A DNA stretch of 64,000 bases from Tricharina praecox (lineage: Eukaryota). Made by a program: the position numbers and the translations under genes. Below the pieces are notes generated by a model. That model saw only the letters and a list, made by a program, of their open reading frames with translations. It was not told the origin of the DNA and searched no databases. The stretch lies in contig NW_026250403.1 in the NCBI RefSeq assembly GCF_024521635.1, positions 1,984,001 through 2,048,000 on the forward strand, given 5' to 3'. Below are positions 63,483 to 64,000 of this stretch, one piece after another; positions within the stretch are counted from its first letter, which is position 1; each line of letters opens with the position of its first letter.

Positions 63483-64000
63483 ATGACTCCATCCACCATC
63501 CACCTTCTGACAGCATCGCTGCTGCTGCTGCTGCAACCTCTCGCCGACTCATGCGGTGTATTGTATTGTCCCCACCCTGGGGCTCCCTCGATAAGCATTA
63601 CTAACATCGGAGCCTCACCTTTAGGGTCCACAACCAAATCGTGCACCGATCGGGGCACATATTCGCGCTGCCGAACTCGCTGCCGCAATTCCACGCGCCG
63701 CAGAAAGTATTTTCGCCGCTCGTCACCGCGGCCGCGAATGCGGCGTCGGTGCAGGCCGGCGCGTTCTTCCCCGACTGGGGGTACCAGTGTTTGCAGACCG
63801 ACGAGCTCGCGGAGGCCGCGCACTGGCCGCCGTTCCTGATCGCCGCGGTTGAACATATCACGTCGAAATACGGGTTTCTCAACGGTACGGAGGCGGGAGG
63901 TACCGGAAGAACGCGCTCGCGGTCGGAGGATGAACAGAAGCATCTTGAGAGCTTGGTCGCGTTCGTGTTCGCCGTGGCGTCGCACCAGACCGCCGATGCG
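63483..64000 (+). CDS. GPLD1: GPI-specific phospholipase D homolog (secreted, Zn-dependent phospholipase-type N-terminal domain), 5' part only; exons 63483-63562 and 63625->64000
   Basis: Signal peptide MTPSTIHLLTASLLLLLQPLADS, then CGVLVHNQIVHR across intron 63563-63624 (branch CTAAC). Further motifs are QAGAFFPDWGYQC, AEAAHWPPFL and LVAFVFAVASHQTADA. The gene runs off the window end and is not in the ORF track in this frame. Confidence 0.85.

Overview
Eukaryotic DNA from a filamentous ascomycete, shown by GT-AG introns with CTRAY branch sites and fungal gene families. The low gene density and microsatellite-rich spacers suggest a Pezizomycete (inference). I reconstructed eight spliced protein-coding genes by hand, and the exon lengths of the seven complete ones sum to multiples of 3. 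They are an ING/Pho23-like PHD protein, a fungal Usp-domain protein, a Mug190-like SMP+C2 protein, a small dsRBD-like protein, an MDR/enoyl-reductase-like oxidoreductase, a PTH11-like membrane protein, a Dot6/Tod6-like Myb repressor, and the 5' part of a GPI-phospholipase D homolog. Mobile DNA comprises two non-autonomous members of one TA-flanked CAGT-terminal (Tc1/mariner-like) family (191 bp and 1.65 kb), a stop-interrupted copia-type gag, and LINE 3' fragments. The most unusual structure is at 43.2-44.8 kb. There, four same-orientation, 5'-truncated LINE ends of two tail types (order A-B-A-B) are separated and bounded by five copies of one 12-bp motif (ACTTCCAACGAG), which looks like repeated retro-insertion at one site. 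Also notable are a 690-nt ING intron whose donor carries an in-frame stop (possible PHD-less isoform) and the Dot6-like factor outside budding yeasts. I found no rRNA, tRNA or CRISPR array. Family assignments come from motif recognition only; no database search was run.
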